Source: Octopus vulgaris (taxonomy: Eukaryota). From it: DNA of 64,000 nucleotides. Below, piece after piece: positions 1 to 14,499 of the stretch; position 1 is the first letter of the stretch, and each line of letters starts with the position of its first letter. Both the position numbers and the translations under genes were made by a program. The notes under the pieces were generated by a model that was given only the letters and a program-made list of their open reading frames with translations, was not told where the DNA came from and ran no database searches. The stretch spans positions 120,590,001-120,654,000 of the forward strand of contig OX597817.1 of NCBI GenBank assembly GCA_951406725.2, in the 5' to 3' direction.

Positions 1-70
1 ACATACATACATACATACATACTTACATACATACATACATACATATATACATACATACATGCATGCATGC
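1..70. repeat. (TACA)n microsatellite
   Basis: Tandem ACAT repeats seen directly. Confidence 0.95.
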
Positions 71-204
71 AAACTTCTATATAAACATGTAAAGTATAAA
101 GATATTAGTTATATTTGAATACATATATCACAGATGTATATACTTGTAGATGTGTATATAATAAGGATTAAAAATACAAGTTACTTGTGGATAGCTGCCT
201 ACAT

Positions 205-244
<40 letters not shown>

Positions 245-282
245 TGTATTTGTATATCTATATCTATTTATCAAAATAAACA

Positions 283-326
283 ACAAGGATATCCAGAGGT
301 AATGCATTACCTCTGGATATCCTTGT
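283..326. repeat. Perfect 44-bp spacerless palindrome
   Basis: ACAAGGATATCCAGAGGTAATG|CATTACCTCTGGATATCCTTGT; the 22-bp arms are exact reverse complements. Confidence 0.95.
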
Positions 327-789
327 GGCATATTTTGGTTATAATCACCTTATTTTAAATTGTATGGATAATACCATACTAAATTCTGGTGCCTCAACTT
401 AAGTACCATATTCATCTGAATCTAAATTTTTACTGAACTATATCTATATATCTATATATATTATAGATTCATATATTTGTACACATGAGTATATATATAT
501 ATATATATATAATGTATATACTAATGATTACACAAGCACACACACACATTTATATTATCGTCATCATTTTAACATTCACCTTTCTGTGTTCATATGGGGC
601 AAATGTAATTTGCGACACATTTTCTATATCTAGATACCTCTTCTGGTCACCAGTCTTCACTTGTTTCCAATGAAGCTAATATTTCCCTATGAAAGAAAGG
701 GCACTTCTTAGATGATGATAATATATATATGTGTGTGTGTGTGTAATACAAATTCACACGCATACATGTATGCATATATACATGTGTGT

Positions 790-1047
790 GTGTCACTATC
801 AACCTTCATTGACATTTTGTGCTAGTTGTAAATGAGTTTCACCTTTGTGCAAGACATGTCCTTCATTTGCTATCTTCCATGAAAACATTTCTGGTCATGT
901 AGAAATATTACCTTATTCAAGAACAGGTGATGGTCAGTGACAGGAAAGGCACGTGGCCGTAGAAAAATATGCCTCAAAAACATTGCATCCAACCCATGCA
1001 ATCATGGGGAAGTGGATGTTAAAATTATATTTGGTGACAATGATGAT
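790..1047 (+). mobile_element. Diverged SINE/LINE 3'-end fragment with (GAT)n tail
   Basis: AGGAAAGGCACGTGGCCGTAGAAAA...CCAACCCATGC...GATGATG. Related copies at about 3595-3830 and 24000-24165; shares the tail of the 24471-24825 family. Confidence 0.7.
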
Positions 1048-2519
1048 TTCTAAGAATTATCTCCTCTTTTCTTGCAATTACTCCTAGCTCCCTTGTTTTG
1101 CTGCCCCATCTGAAAAGCAAATTTCACTTCATTGAGAATTTTTTTGCATACAATCAGTAAGTGCATCACTACCTAACCACATTATATACACTCTTTCTTT
1201 TATACACTTTCTAACACCTCTCACACACACTCATATGTACATGCATGCACACACACACACACATATACATATGCACACACGTTTATATTTTCCTCTGTAT
1301 GTATTTTATATTTCTACATACATATTTGAAATGTGAAATGAATGCTGAATATGTTTATGCCATGAAATCATAGTAATTTCACAATACACCTTTATAACAA
1401 GCTGATTGAAATAGCTTTTCAATGTATTGGAAATAGAAGCATCTAACAGAAAATTTCTCAAATAAAAAAGGAATGTCTGACAATGAAATGTGTTACTATT
1501 TCTAATGGAATTATATTTTACTCATAAAATTATAAAAAGAAATTACCTCGTAGATTAAATAAAGTAAAATATTAAAAAAAGTAACTCTGGCATTTAAAAA
1601 TTTGAAACAAAACTTTTTCTGCTTCTATATATGGAAGGAAATAATTTAGCTAACAAGCCAATGAGGAAGTGGGGGGGGTCTCTATGTGGTTACATGTCCT
1701 GCTAAAAATAATAAACAAATCTCCATTGAATTACTTGCTATTAGCTGAAAAATATATGAAGGACACCCCAGATAATGTCACTTTAGATAACCTCCCCTAT
1801 TAAAAACAGGATGTTGTATAACTGGAATGTATTTTTTTGATTATAGGTCTGATTGGTCAAGATTTACCTTGGGTCAAACAATAACAGTTTTTTTTAAGAA
1901 ATAGAAACATTGCTTACTCTCCACTTTGAAACTACATGGTTTCAAATTCTGTCCCATTTTGCCAAATGTTGGGCAAATGTCTTCTACTGGCCAATGTTTT
2001 GTGAGTGAATTTGGTTGATGGGAATTGTGAGGAAGCCCATTCAATATGTCTAGTATATACATGTGTGTGTGTGTGTGTGTGCACATCTCTTTTTTGCTTG
2101 TTAAATCTCCCCTCCCACCACTTTGATAACCAGTGTTGGCTTGTTTATATCTTTGTAACTTAGCAGTTTTGTAAGAGACCAATAAAATAAGTACCAGATT
2201 TAGAAAATAAATATTGGAATTGATCTGTTCAACTAGAACCCTTTCAGGTGGTGCTCCATCAAACTGCAGTACAGTGACTGAAGCAAGTAAAAGATTATCT
2301 ATTAAGGAATTCTTTTTAAAACAATCATACAAAAGTATTTTATCTTTGAGTATTTGTTATCATTTCACAGAGATTATCATGAGAATATCATGAGATAATC
2401 ATGAGAATATGTGTCTTTAAAACATTTTTAGTACTTCGAGGTAGAATTTCTAAATCCATCTTATCCTCAATAAGCTTTGTCAGTATATTATGAGTAAAAA
2501 GAGAAAGGGTATAAGAGCT

Positions 2520-2850
2520 CCATTGGTTGCAAAGGACCATGGGATTACACCTGGAAAGTTACCCTCCTAGACACAAGTCTGGGCGAGGTTGTTTATGGAA
2601 GACCATCAGGCACCCATGCATACCAGTCTCTCCTCTTCATGCCACCAATGTTGTCCAAGGGAAAGGCAAAGGCTGACATGGTTCAGCACCAGTAATGTCG
2701 CAACTCATTTCAACAACTGATTGAACTGGAGCAACATGAAATAAAGTGTCTTGCTCAACGACACAACACACAACCCAGTCCAAGGATCGAACTCACAACT
2801 TCACCATTGTAAGCCTGACATGCTAACCACTGAGACATGTGCTTTCACAA
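2520..2850 (-). mobile_element. tRNA-derived SINE (family C)
   Basis: Minus strand starts with a tRNA-like head (CTCAGTGGTTAG...GTTCGATCC), followed by GAGCAAGACACTTTATTTCATGTTGCTCCAGTT. Partial copies at about 23280-23430 and 33040-33230. Confidence 0.75.
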
Positions 2851-3487
2851 ATTACAAGTTCTTTCAATATTTACTGAGTTCCCTCCTTTGAATTGTAAGC
2901 TGATTCAATAGCTTCTACCTTCTAAAACCAATTTCATTCGGTATATTTCCTTTTCAAGATGGGTTGCTGATTTCTAAATGTAATTTATGTAAATAACTCC
3001 GGTGTAAAGTCTCAAGCTGATGACTGCTAAAATTACAAAACTCCAAATCTATTGAGTTTGGCTTTGTCTAGCATTAACTTTATTCATACAGAATGGCTGT
3101 GTGGTTAAGACATTCACTTGCAAATTACATGGTCTTGGGTTCAGCCTTACTGTAATGTGCCTTGAGCAAGTAAGTGTCTTCTACTATAGTCTTGGATTGA
3201 CCAAGCCTCATGAGTGGATCTGGGAGACAGAAACTGAAAGAAGGCTGTCGTACACACACACACGACAGGCTATATATATATATTTTGTATACAAATGAAT
3301 TGTAGAGACACCATATTTTATGCAACCATAATATACTAAAAGTATATTAAATCTTTTTTAAAAGTAAATACTGTGTTCTGCTGTGTTAGCACTGCTATTA
3401 CATCACTTGTTAAAGTTCTCTCTACAGTGCTGGCGATAATTTCTATAGAAAATCAGTGGCGATAAACTTAACAAGTGATACATATAT

Positions 3488-3597
3488 GCATGTATGTATG
3501 TATGTATGTATGTATGTATGTATGTATGCATGCATGCATGCATGCATCAATGTATGTATGTATGTATGTATGTATGTATGTATGTATGTATGTATGT
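3488..3597. repeat. (TATG)n/(CATG)n microsatellite
   Basis: Seen directly. Confidence 0.95.
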
Positions 3598-5796
3598 TTG
3601 TGCCTCGTTGTCTTGGCATTGAGTGATAGTTGTAAATTCTCATCATGGTCACATGCAATGATGTTTGTTTCTAATCTTTCATGAAAACATGCCAAACAAT
3701 GAGGGAATATCACCTAGTACAGAAACTGGTGAGGGTTGGCAACAGGTAAGGCATCTGGCTGTAGAAAATCTGCCTCAATCAATTCTGTCTAACCCATGCA
3801 AGCATAAAAATAGAGGGATATTAGGATGATGATATCATATTGCCTCTTTCCATCTGAAGAGCATCAGTAAATCTGTCTTACGACAGTATCAATCCCTGTA
3901 TAACCACATAGTTAAGGAGTTTGCCTTGCAATTATGTGATTACAAGTTAGATGCTGATGAGTAGTATGTTGGATAAGTCAGGTCTTCAGATTGAAGACAG
4001 TTTGTTGCTTTTCTTTTTTTATGTCCTTTTAAAAGTCATGGACTTGACTCTTCTCTATGTCATAAATAAAAAAGTAAAACACGCTTCCTTGTAGTATTTT
4101 TGATTGGTATCTTCCTTCTGAAAAAATTCTCTTCAAGAATGTGAATTATTCTCTTTTTGCTTTGAATTGAAATCCAGATTATTGATATTTTCACACATAT
4201 CATCATCATTTAACGTCTGTGTTTCGTGCTGGTATGGGTAAGCTGGTTTGTTAGGATCGAGTGGGTCGAAAGATTGCATTGTGCTCCATCGTCTGCTTTG
4301 GAATGGTTTCACTGTCTGGATGTCCTTTCTAAAATCAACCTTTTTTACAATGTGCACTGGGTGCTTTTCTTGTGCCAGTGGCACTAGTGAGTTTGCCATA
4401 TAGCTTAGGAGCATACAAAACCCATAGGAAGGGGCCTTATGCTGGCAGATGAGGATTAAGGTATGAAAGGTGTAAGGGTAGGGGAGCAGAACAGACTCTT
4501 ATAGGAAAGTTACATGGCTACTCAACTTTAGGAGAGAGTTAGAAATGAATTAGTTTTATGTTTAAATAGAAAAGAAGATACTATCCAAGGCTATAAGTTG
4601 TACGTAATCTACTGTACAGAAAACTAGAAAATCTTATTGAATTTTTATTTTGATCCAACACTGTAAAACTATCAGTTTTCACTATCATTTCCTTTGCTGG
4701 TCTGATGGATTTTGTTATCTGAATATCCTTCAGCTCAGCTTAGTGCTTTCTTCAGTTTTATTTTGAGTACACAACTCTGCTTGTAATGAAAATAAATTTC
4801 TTCTCTACCATTTGTATTTCCTCTGGTAGTGTCAGATTTGTACTTAAGCCTTTTTCAATGTTGTGAACAAGCTTATCTTTTTGCCAGAAGTTAGATATTT
4901 AGTCCTTCTTGGTTGTGAAAACTATCTTATGGTATTTTGAGCATCGAATCACATTTATCTCCTGAAATAGATTGTAGTAATTTTCAAAAGTTTGTCTAGA
5001 ATCATTTTTATTTTATTCCTCCATTTATTTAATAGAGAATAGTAAATTTATAACAAGTTTTTTTTTAGAGACATTATTCTAATACATGTGCATATATGAA
5101 TGAGAGAGAGAGAGAGAGAATAGAGTAGGTGGCATGGTATGCTATAATTGTAAGTTCTTGAACTACATCTGTAGCCTACTTTCATTTCCTTTTCCCCTCA
5201 TATAACACCTTTGGCAAAGACATGCATGCTTTATAGTATCATTTCTATTTCTTATAAATGTGAGGTTTCATTATTTACACTATGTATAATATATGATGTG
5301 CAAATTCTATTCAGTAAGGTTTATTTATTTGTTGAAAGAAACACTAAACTGAAGTTTATGTGACACACTGACTGACAGGGCTACAAATCTTTCATTATAT
5401 GAAGCAGAACAATCTTGCAACACCACTTCCTCATTAACTAATTTTTATTTATTAATTACTTCAACTGGTGTATTTTGCTTGTGTTGATGTTAAGTTTTAA
5501 ATGCTATAGATTGACACCTAGTGGGAAAAGGTGGTCATGAAGAGAATTTCAGGTATATATCACTTGAAAGGAATGAGTGAGAAAAATGGAAAAAAGTATT
5601 TAACACTTTGCTTGCCATTTTTATGAGTTTGTTCTAAATACCCATGCTTGTTTTCAGATTTTTAGTTAACCCTGGTTTCACACATTCTGAGGAATATAAA
5701 GCTTTCCTTTTATAATTCCCATGTTAGTCTGGTGGGTGATAGAAAATTAAGAATGTGAAACATATGTGATGTGTGGATGCCAGGGAAAAATGTCCT

Positions 5797-6110
5797 GTGT
5801 AGAGGCACATGGCCTAGTGGTTTGAGCAGCGGACTCACGGTCAAGGAATTGCAGGTTTGAATCTCAGACCAGGCGATGTGTGTGTTTATGAGTGAAATAC
5901 CTAAGCTCCACATACCTCCAGCAGAAGGTAATGGCAAACTTCTGTTAACTCTTTCGCCACAACTTTCTCTCACTCTTTCCTCCTGCATCTTGCAGCTCAC
6001 CTGTGACAGATCGGCGTCCCATCCAGGTGGGGAGATGATACACCAAGGAAACTGGGAAACTGGCTCTTATGAGCCAGGCATAGCGCGAGAAGGAACAAAC
6101 AAACAACAAC
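5797..6110 (+). mobile_element. tRNA-derived SINE (family B), full length, (AAC)n tail, with target-site duplication
   Basis: A box TGGCCTAGTGG and B box GGTTTGAATC. Flanked by the identical 16-mer AAAAATGTCCTGTGTA at 5786-5801 and 6111-6126. Second copy at 21891. Confidence 0.9.
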
Positions 6111-6406
6111 AAAAATGTCCTGTGTATTACAAGTGATACACAGGACACAGGACAGGTGAAGGGTTAATGTAGGATGTGGATGATCAGTTTGATCTTGTCT
6201 ATGTGTAAATCAATGTGTATTTGTCTGTCTTTCCTGCATGTCTCCAGCTCATGGTGTTGGCATATTAAGTAGATGAGATGAGAAAAACTTTACTCTTGTA
6301 AAGAATGCTAGTCTATCACAGGTTACTTATCTCATTGATGGAACTAATGTCAGCCTTGCAAAGTAATAGATTGCTTAGATATTTGCAAATCAACAATTGC
6401 TTAAGC

Positions 6407-6622
6407 TTAACTCTTTAGCATTTCGGCCATATCCAGCCCATTTATTATATCTTGTTTTATGTTCAGACCAGCCAGATCTAACCTCTCCAACTTACCCTCC
6501 AATAGCATTCTAAAAATAAACAATCACGTCACCCAAAACTCAAAGTTATGAGATAATGCTTGAGTAATTTAAAACAATGTAAATAAATAAGCATTACATT
6601 TAAGTAAATGCCAAAGGGTTAA
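6407..6622 (+). mobile_element. TTAA-flanked MITE (piggyBac-like ends), family 1
   Basis: TTAACTCTTTAGCATT...AATGCCAAAGGGTTAA terminal inverted repeats. Other copies at 47163, 58306, about 19975 and about 44190. Confidence 0.8.
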
Positions 6623-7089
6623 GCTGGCCTTCATTCAAGCCTTTCTGTGATCAAAGGCATTAATGTTATGACAGATTCACTGTTTCTTCAGGAATGGTGT
6701 ATACTCTGAACTACATTATCTGATGTCTTACCTTTTTTCTAGTAGGAACAGTGTGGTTTAAGGGAGATTTAACTGCTATTTCTAGTCAGTTTTTCAGCTG
6801 TTGAATACAGTTGTTAATTACACCTATTGTTGTTTAATGCAGGGTAAGCTTTGCTGCCCACTGCTCTCATACTGAACAACAGCCCATATTAGATGTATTT
6901 TTGGAGACTTCTAATAGAGCAAGAAGACCACTCAGCAACATTGATGTAGTTATTGGCAAACACACACAACATGAAACTGAAGACCTACCAAAGCTAATAG
7001 GACATTGCAATTCCATAGTTGGTATTGTGAAGCACATCACACTTGCTGTTGCTTGAAAAAGAACAAAATTCTTGCCTTATTTGGGTTGT

Positions 7090-7299
7090 TTAAGCCTTTT
7101 GCTGCCAATCCTCCTGAACTCACCCCTGGTTCTGTGATGCAAATTTTCTGTTTTAAAATCATCTAAATTAAAACTTCCCCTAAAATTTCATGCTAATTTG
7201 TATTTCAGACATGTTATTTTAATAAATTCTTCATTATTTTCAAAATTAATTGAAACACGGCAATACATCTGAACATAAAAATTGTAACAAAAGGGTTAA
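7090..7299. mobile_element. TTAA-flanked MITE, family 2
   Basis: TTAAGCCTTTTGCTGC...GTAACAAAAGGGTTAA imperfect terminal inverted repeats. Confidence 0.6.
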
Positions 7300-7956
7300 A
7301 TAGTCATTAATGTAACTCATTTTGAGGTGACAGGACACAAATCCCTACAATCTTGTATGATTGATTGCCTGTACTGTATTATACACAACAATCCACAAAA
7401 TTCATGTAAGCATCATGCTTGGTAATAATAATAATAAATAATTAGTAATTTCTCAAGGAACATCGATAACAAAATATTGGATTGTGAGAGAATCTACAAG
7501 CAAAATTTAATTTAGATTTTTAATCAAGGGAATTTAATTGCTGCTTTTTTTCTCTCTCTCTGATTTAATTCACAAATATATAAAATCTAATTTATTAATA
7601 GCATTCAGACTAAGCGCCATTTGATTATTGTTTATCTTATTTTTTACTAACATTTGAAACATTTCCAAATAAGAAAATGAGATATTCTATTTGTTTCTTT
7701 TCTTTCTTTTTCTTACTCATTAACCTTGTAGTTTAAACAATTAATTCTGAATCATGAACTTAAAAATATAAACCTTCAATATTTTGTTTGCTTCCTGTAT
7801 ACTTTTGTGAAATGATTACAAAAAGATAAAGAGAAGGTGTTTTTAATGACTATCTTTCTTAGCAAAAATAAACACCAAATAGTGTCAAACCAAATATTAC
7901 TGTATCCTGGCAGAAACAATCAAGATAACCATTTATTAATGTTATTATCATTATTT

Positions 7957-8172
7957 AAGGCATTGAGCTGGCAGAATTGGTAGCATCCTGGACAAAATGC
8001 TTAGTAATATTTTGTCCAGCTTTACATTCTAAGCTCAAATGTTGCTGAGGCCAACTTCGCTTTTCATTCTCTTAGGATCGATAAAATAATTACTAGTGGA
8101 GTACTGGGGTTAATACAACCACTTAATACAACCCCTAAAATTTCAGGCCTTGCACCTATAGTAGAAAGAATT
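7957..8172 (+). mobile_element. tRNA-derived SINE (family D, central motif resembling the Deu/Nin domain)
   Basis: GAGCTGGCAGAATTGGTAG head, CTCAAAT B-box remnant and GCTTTTCATTCT...GATCGATAAAATAA central motif. Many copies in the window. The domain name is an inference. Confidence 0.75.
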
Positions 8173-10081
8173 GTTGTTGTTGTTGTTGTTCTTCTTCTTC
8201 TTATTATTATTATTGAGTGAGAGATTATCATTATCATTATCATCTTCATTTAAGGTGGTGACCTGGAAGAATTGCTAGCATTGCCAAACAAAATGCTTTG
8301 TGGCGTTTCTCACGCCTTCATGTTCTGAGTTCAAATTCTGCCTTTTTTACCTTTCAGTCATGCACATGTTGAATTTTTAAAATGTTCTGCATATATTTAT
8401 TCTTCTACTCATAAATTGCATTTGCAGAGTCTATATTAGCTGGTCTTTCTCAGAAAACTCTAACTTTCTCTGATTGTCTCTTAGATATTTATCAGCACAA
8501 ATCAGCATAACATGCCCCCTCCCTACACAGAAAAGAAGCATAAAAAGGTACCCATATTTACAGGTATAATGGTATACCTAAATTTATAATCTATGTAGAA
8601 AATCTATTGGTTTCAAATCAGTTGTTTGTAAATAATTTCTTTCTCAGTGATTTTGAAATAAATGTCCACATTCACAAGGCAGCTGACCTCTGTTACTGTA
8701 CATAAGTTTTCTATATACCTCATGTATTCACTGAACCATATTTTTGGTGAGAATATTCCACCAAATTACTTTTACATTGAAACATATGGGTGTAGTCAAT
8801 AATAAGAGTATTCTCTATATTTATTCTAAGATGTTCTTTCCTATAGATGGTATTGTATAATGTACATTAATGACAATTTTAGGATATTGCTGATCACATT
8901 TCTAATGCTTTCTACAGAAATATGACATAACCAAAATTTTGGGGTCACATCTCAGAGGTTTGAAGGTTTCACTATCTCTTTTGTTCATTTGATATTCTGC
9001 AGCATCTTCTGCTCTTGAATTGCAAAAGTGTAACTATTGAAATGTGATATATTGTAACAGTCATGGGGGACAATAAAAGCTACACTTTAGGTTAATGTAA
9101 GCATCCTCAAGTTTACAAGAAATATAGCCTTGTGAAACATTTTTAGATAAGCAATGTGTTTTATTCTAATGTGTTTTGTTCTAATTATTTGTTGGGGTAG
9201 ATTAATCCAGCAACTCTGAAGTCACATAGCAGGTCATCAGGTAGTGAGTGTTTCTTGAGGAGTTTACAGCTAACCCCCAAGTTATATGTGTGTAAATATG
9301 TGTGTGTCTGTGTCCGTGTGTGAGTAATATGTATCATTATCATCATCATTTGAGAGGCACCTGCAAAATTCTTTCAGTTCCTTGGCAGGTTCCATAGAAT
9401 TAGTTTTGTTATCTTTGCAGCATAAATAGTAGTGGAAGTGGGTGCTCTGAAATGATTGTAACAAGAGTAAAAACAGAATGGTAAAAGTTCAGAGGGCTAT
9501 TGTCTCTGCTGGTAACAAAGCGTTTTTCTTTCAAGTGAAGGGTAGATTGCATGATGCTTGCATTGCGAAGTGCAGTGTTGCATAGTAGCAAAACAAAGCA
9601 TTGAATGCAAGGTGTGTGCAAAGGCTGGGGAAAAATGAAGCAAATATGCTCTGCTGAATGTGTTATGTTAGTGTGCATGAATTGAAAGGAAAATTGGATA
9701 TAATAGGGATCTGATGTAGTTTGTAAGAGAGGAGCCTGCATTAGTATGAACATGCAATGCATATGGCTAGTAATAGCTGGTCTGTTTGTTGTTTTGCTTT
9801 CACCCTATTGTCCACTTAGCCACATTCTTTGCTGACTGTTATGCATATGGAACATACAATTTTATAATGAAGCTTTGCATACCACTCTGGATATAGCTGA
9901 CTTGAATCCTTAAGAGCCCACTCTGTTCTAGTCGTCCCTACTCCCTTCTGCATTTACCACAAACATCTGTGAATTTAGTAACCCTTTTTATTGATATCTA
10001 TATGAATTCAAAAATTTGTCACCTGGCTGATCCATATATACACATAGCATAATCATCATCATCATCATACATACACATAGC

Positions 10082-10082
<1 letters not shown>

Positions 10083-10140
<58 letters not shown>
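10083..10140. repeat. (AAT)n microsatellite
   Basis: Seen directly. Confidence 0.95.
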
Positions 10141-10859
10141 CATTATTTAACATGCATGTTCCATGCTGGTATGGGTTGGATAGTTTGACAGGATCCGTGA
10201 TGTAGTTCTTAAACTCATTTGATCCATTGAGTCCAACAACTACATCATGTGCCATTGGTTGCCTTGACATGGTTTCTATGGCCTGATACCCTTCCTAATG
10301 TCAATCACTTTACTCCTTGTGTATGTGTGCATGTGTGTGTATGTGTGTTTGTGCGTGTGTGTAGAGTTTGGTGCAGTCTTCTGACTTGCCATCCATCTTC
10401 TACCAGAATGTTTAACTCATGCCATCATAGAAAATGTGCATTACATGATGATGATGATGATGATGATGACAATGGTGTATATGTATATTTGTGTAGACAA
10501 ACATACTGTAATGTCTATACAAGTGTGTGTATGCATATGTGTGTGTGTGCATTTGTATATACAAACATAATATAATGCATATATATATACATATACACAT
10601 ATACACATATACATGTACATAATTATATGCAGCATTGTGTATGTTTATGCTTATAACTAAAAGAGGAAATCATATTTTGCCTCTTGGAAATGCATGCAGA
10701 ACTCGAATATAGCATTTCCTTACAGATTAAATTCATCAACAAAATACAAAGGCCTCTTATATAACAGTTGAATTTTAGAAATATATTATTTTTTTTAATG
10801 TTTTTGGTTTGGAAATGATGTATTATATAGCCACAAGGGTGAACCCTTTGCAGTAGTAA

Positions 10860-10899
10860 AACACACAGACACATGCACACACATGCATGGATACACAGA

Positions 10900-10933
<34 letters not shown>

Positions 10934-11035
10934 TAAACACACGTATTATGTGAGTGTGTGTGTGAGTGTGTATGTGTGTGTGTGTGTGTGTGTGCATGTG
11001 CATGTATGTGTGCGTGTGTGTGTATGTGTGTAGGT
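10860..11035. repeat. Compound (CA)n/(TG)n microsatellite
   Basis: Seen directly. Confidence 0.9.
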
Positions 11036-11184
11036 GCGTATTTCTTTACGTGTTTTGAAGCCATATGCAGTCAGTTGTAAGGGATATTAAGATTGCTGCA
11101 GGTGTGTCCCAATTCCTTTGTAGAGGCAAAGATTTTAATCTGTTTCACAACTTGCAGTAATATAGTGACTTTGGGCTTTTGTTG

Positions 11185-11260
11185 GCAATGATGATACTGA
11201 TAACAGTAATAATAATAATGATAATAATAATAATAATGATACTACTACTACTACTCCTGC

Positions 11261-11326
<66 letters not shown>

Positions 11327-11380
11327 TAATAATAATGATAGTTACAGTAAAGATAATAATGGTTATGATGATGATTATGC
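11185..11380. repeat. Compound (AAT)n/(GAT)n/(ACT)n trinucleotide tract
   Basis: Seen directly; it explains the poly-L, poly-I and poly-Y ORFs. Confidence 0.95.
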
Positions 11381-12577
11381 CATGAAATTAACAGAATAAC
11401 TTGGAAAGAATATTTTAAGATAAGAAGCAAAAGTTGATGCCCATGGCAAGCCAATTGATTACAAGAAATTTTTCTCCATATCGTTAATTGATAAAATAAC
11501 TTTCATAGAGAACATGATTATCTACAAAGTGTTTGCATGTTGTCTAAGTTACATTTACTTTTCTGTTAGCATTAGTACAAGATAATAATAATAGAGTTTT
11601 CTAATCAGAAAAGAAAAGAAAAAAAAATAATAAATGACTATGTAAATTCAACCGAAATGTGCATTGATACTGACATAGGAAACTCAAGAATAAAATCTAT
11701 TGTAAAACTCATTACATTGCTGTCATTGATCGACTAACTTGAAGCTACCTTCATTAATAGCAGCTGCGTATCAGTAATATTTTGGTAATATATATTCACC
11801 TCTTAAGTGTCTGTTATACAAATTACAAGATGAAGGCAATCTGTAATCTGAAACGTAATTACATGGCTTTTTGCACAAGGCCAACTCATTTGGAATATTT
11901 TGGTAATGATAACAATGAGGCCTGGTGTATATTGGAAGAAAACTTATTATCAGGAAAATTGAACTGCGTTCATTCCGGCTGTCAGATATATTAATTTTGA
12001 CAATTAAGTGATATGGTACTTATAGCAAATTTATCTAAATGTTATTCATATGGCTGTTGTAGTCAATATGTCTGATCATTATTCATGAAGGGAATTTTAT
12101 ATTTCTAACCTCTTGAGAGAAAAGAAATCTTGAATAGTAGACTATGGCTAAGTAGGTAGGATGTTGGAATTTGTAGCCAAACTCTGCTACAAGTATTTCA
12201 AGCATGATTTATGCTTCTGGTTGTCAAATTTTATGCAGCAGGAATCTTGACAAAAGTCAGATTTTTTTTAATAGAACAACTGGTGTTAGTAAGGACATTC
12301 TGTCTTGAAATGGCTTCTTTTGAAAGTTAAGCTAATGTTGCATACAATCTCTGCTGTAACAACAAGAACATGTTCATGAGTGACCAAAAGGACAAATTCA
12401 AAAGAACATATTGACAATGATTTATTTCTGGTTTAGAAAATTCATATTACTAAGGATCTAATTAGTTTTAGGAAAACATAAAATAATAATTGAAGCTAAT
12501 AACTGAGAAAAGATGCAAATTTTAGTACATAATAATTTTACATAGTACATAATTTTAATAGTACATAATAATTTTAT

Positions 12578-12849
12578 CAGCAGTTCTCAACCTTTTTTTT
12601 TTTTACTTTATTAACTGGTTTCATGCAAGACAGTTTTTTGCCATGGGGTGATGGATCCTTGCATAACAAAACACAATGAAGTGCATAATATATAATTTAA
12701 TTATTTCATATATAATACAAAAACACCCTACAGACTACAATAGTCAATAAAATTGAAATAAAGTTTAAAATTTATTCTTTCTGTGTGGCCTAGTATCAAA
12801 TGATCCATGACCCAGTGCTGGTTCATGGCTCGGTGGTTGGGGACACTTG
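12578..12849. mobile_element. Non-autonomous hAT (Charlie-like) MITE
   Basis: Ends CAGCAGTTCTCAACC ... GGTTGGGGACACTTG are imperfect inverted repeats of the CAGNGGTTCYCAAC type typical of hAT-Charlie elements. Confidence 0.65.
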
Positions 12850-14414
12850 CTTCATATTACATTTTACTAATAATATACCCCACATCCAAACTTACTCAAC
12901 GAGAGTACGATACTGATCAACAAAATGACTAGTAGTAAATTTATAAATGTATTAGTTTGATTTGAATGACCATTTATTTTCATTTAAAATTTTGCCTTGG
13001 ACTTAGTTAATAGATACAACTTTTTAAGAAAATATGTATAAGCATGGAATATTCATAATTTAACAAAAGTGGTATATGTCTGAATGGCTTTAATTACAGT
13101 TGTTTAAACTAAGAACATTTTTATTGTAGTTCACAAGGTTGATATATGAAAACTGTTCATTAACATATGTGTTTGTAACACTTCTTGTTATAAAACTTTA
13201 CTTGTTATTAAATCTAATAATAATTTTTATGTTAACAAATTCTAGTACATTGGAAGGAGAATAATTGATTTTCTTTTTAATCATTTATCAACTGCTAAAC
13301 TTTACAAAGAACAAATCACATATTAATGTCTATATTGAAATTTATTTTTTCAAGTCCACTTTTATGCAAAGTTGAATTCCTATGTAACAAAATGTTTAAC
13401 ATAGAGAACATCTTGACTTAGTAACTGTAGTAGCTTAACAATTTTAGATAAAAAAATAAATACAATGAATAAAACTGTAGAATTGATTTTCAAAGATCTA
13501 GTAGTTAAAGAAATTCTATAGATTCTAACAATTCCTCAGACATGAATGGTGAAGCTAGATATTTTATGCATGTATTCACTCAGGATTAACTATGACTTCA
13601 TTATATTTACATCGAGGGGTACTTCCTACATAAAATTGCCAAAATTGGCAACTTGCTAAAAGTGCTGAATATGGTTGATTTCTTCCTTAATGTCTTTTGG
13701 CAAAAGGGAAAATGTGACCTTCTATGTGATTATGGTTGAAAAGGAGGAACAAGAAGGAAGACATTAGCTGAGAAATATGGGGTAAATAATTCTATATAAT
13801 AAAATTTGTTATATCTTCTGAAGGTAGATATCTTTGTATATTGTTTATTAGATTTAATAACAATTATATGTCATTATCAAAATGAATTTAGCTAGTCGTT
13901 GCCATTACATAGAATTCAGAGAGTTTTGTTTTTAATCATGACTTAAATAAATCCTCAAAACCAAAGAATAAATTTGCTAATTTTAGGAAAGAAATATCTT
14001 TGATCTTTCTAAAGATTTCCCAACTTAATTAAATTTGCAATGCCAATTATTACCATGATAGAAATGAAAAGGATTGGTAAATACCCTTCCAAAGAGTGTT
14101 TGGCAATGAAATAGTCAAACAATTAGCATTAAAGGAATAGAGTTGATTGATTGTTTAATTGAAATCTTGAATCAAGAATGTAGAAAACATTCAATAATCT
14201 TGTTCTTCATAGGAAAAGGTCTTCAGTTATTACTATTTTTGTTTTGAGAAAGAAATATTCACTTTCAATTTTAATCAGATCCAATCCTGGTAACATTTAT
14301 TTAATATAATTGAACAAACATATTTATCTGCATATATAGCTTCTTCTTGCTCTCTATCCCTGTATGGCAACTTGCTAAAAGTGGATTCTTTCAATCCATA
14401 TCTCTGTATTTCTG

Positions 14415-14472
<58 letters not shown>

Positions 14473-14499
14473 CTCTCTCAACTGACAATCACCAATCAG

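Noticed and set aside
1874-2332. 152-aa minus-strand ORF
   Set aside because: It overlaps a SINE A 3' half and a (TG)n tract.
10019-11454. Poly-Y, poly-L, poly-I, poly-H and YI/HT/CV-repeat ORFs here and throughout the window
   Set aside because: They are translations of microsatellites.
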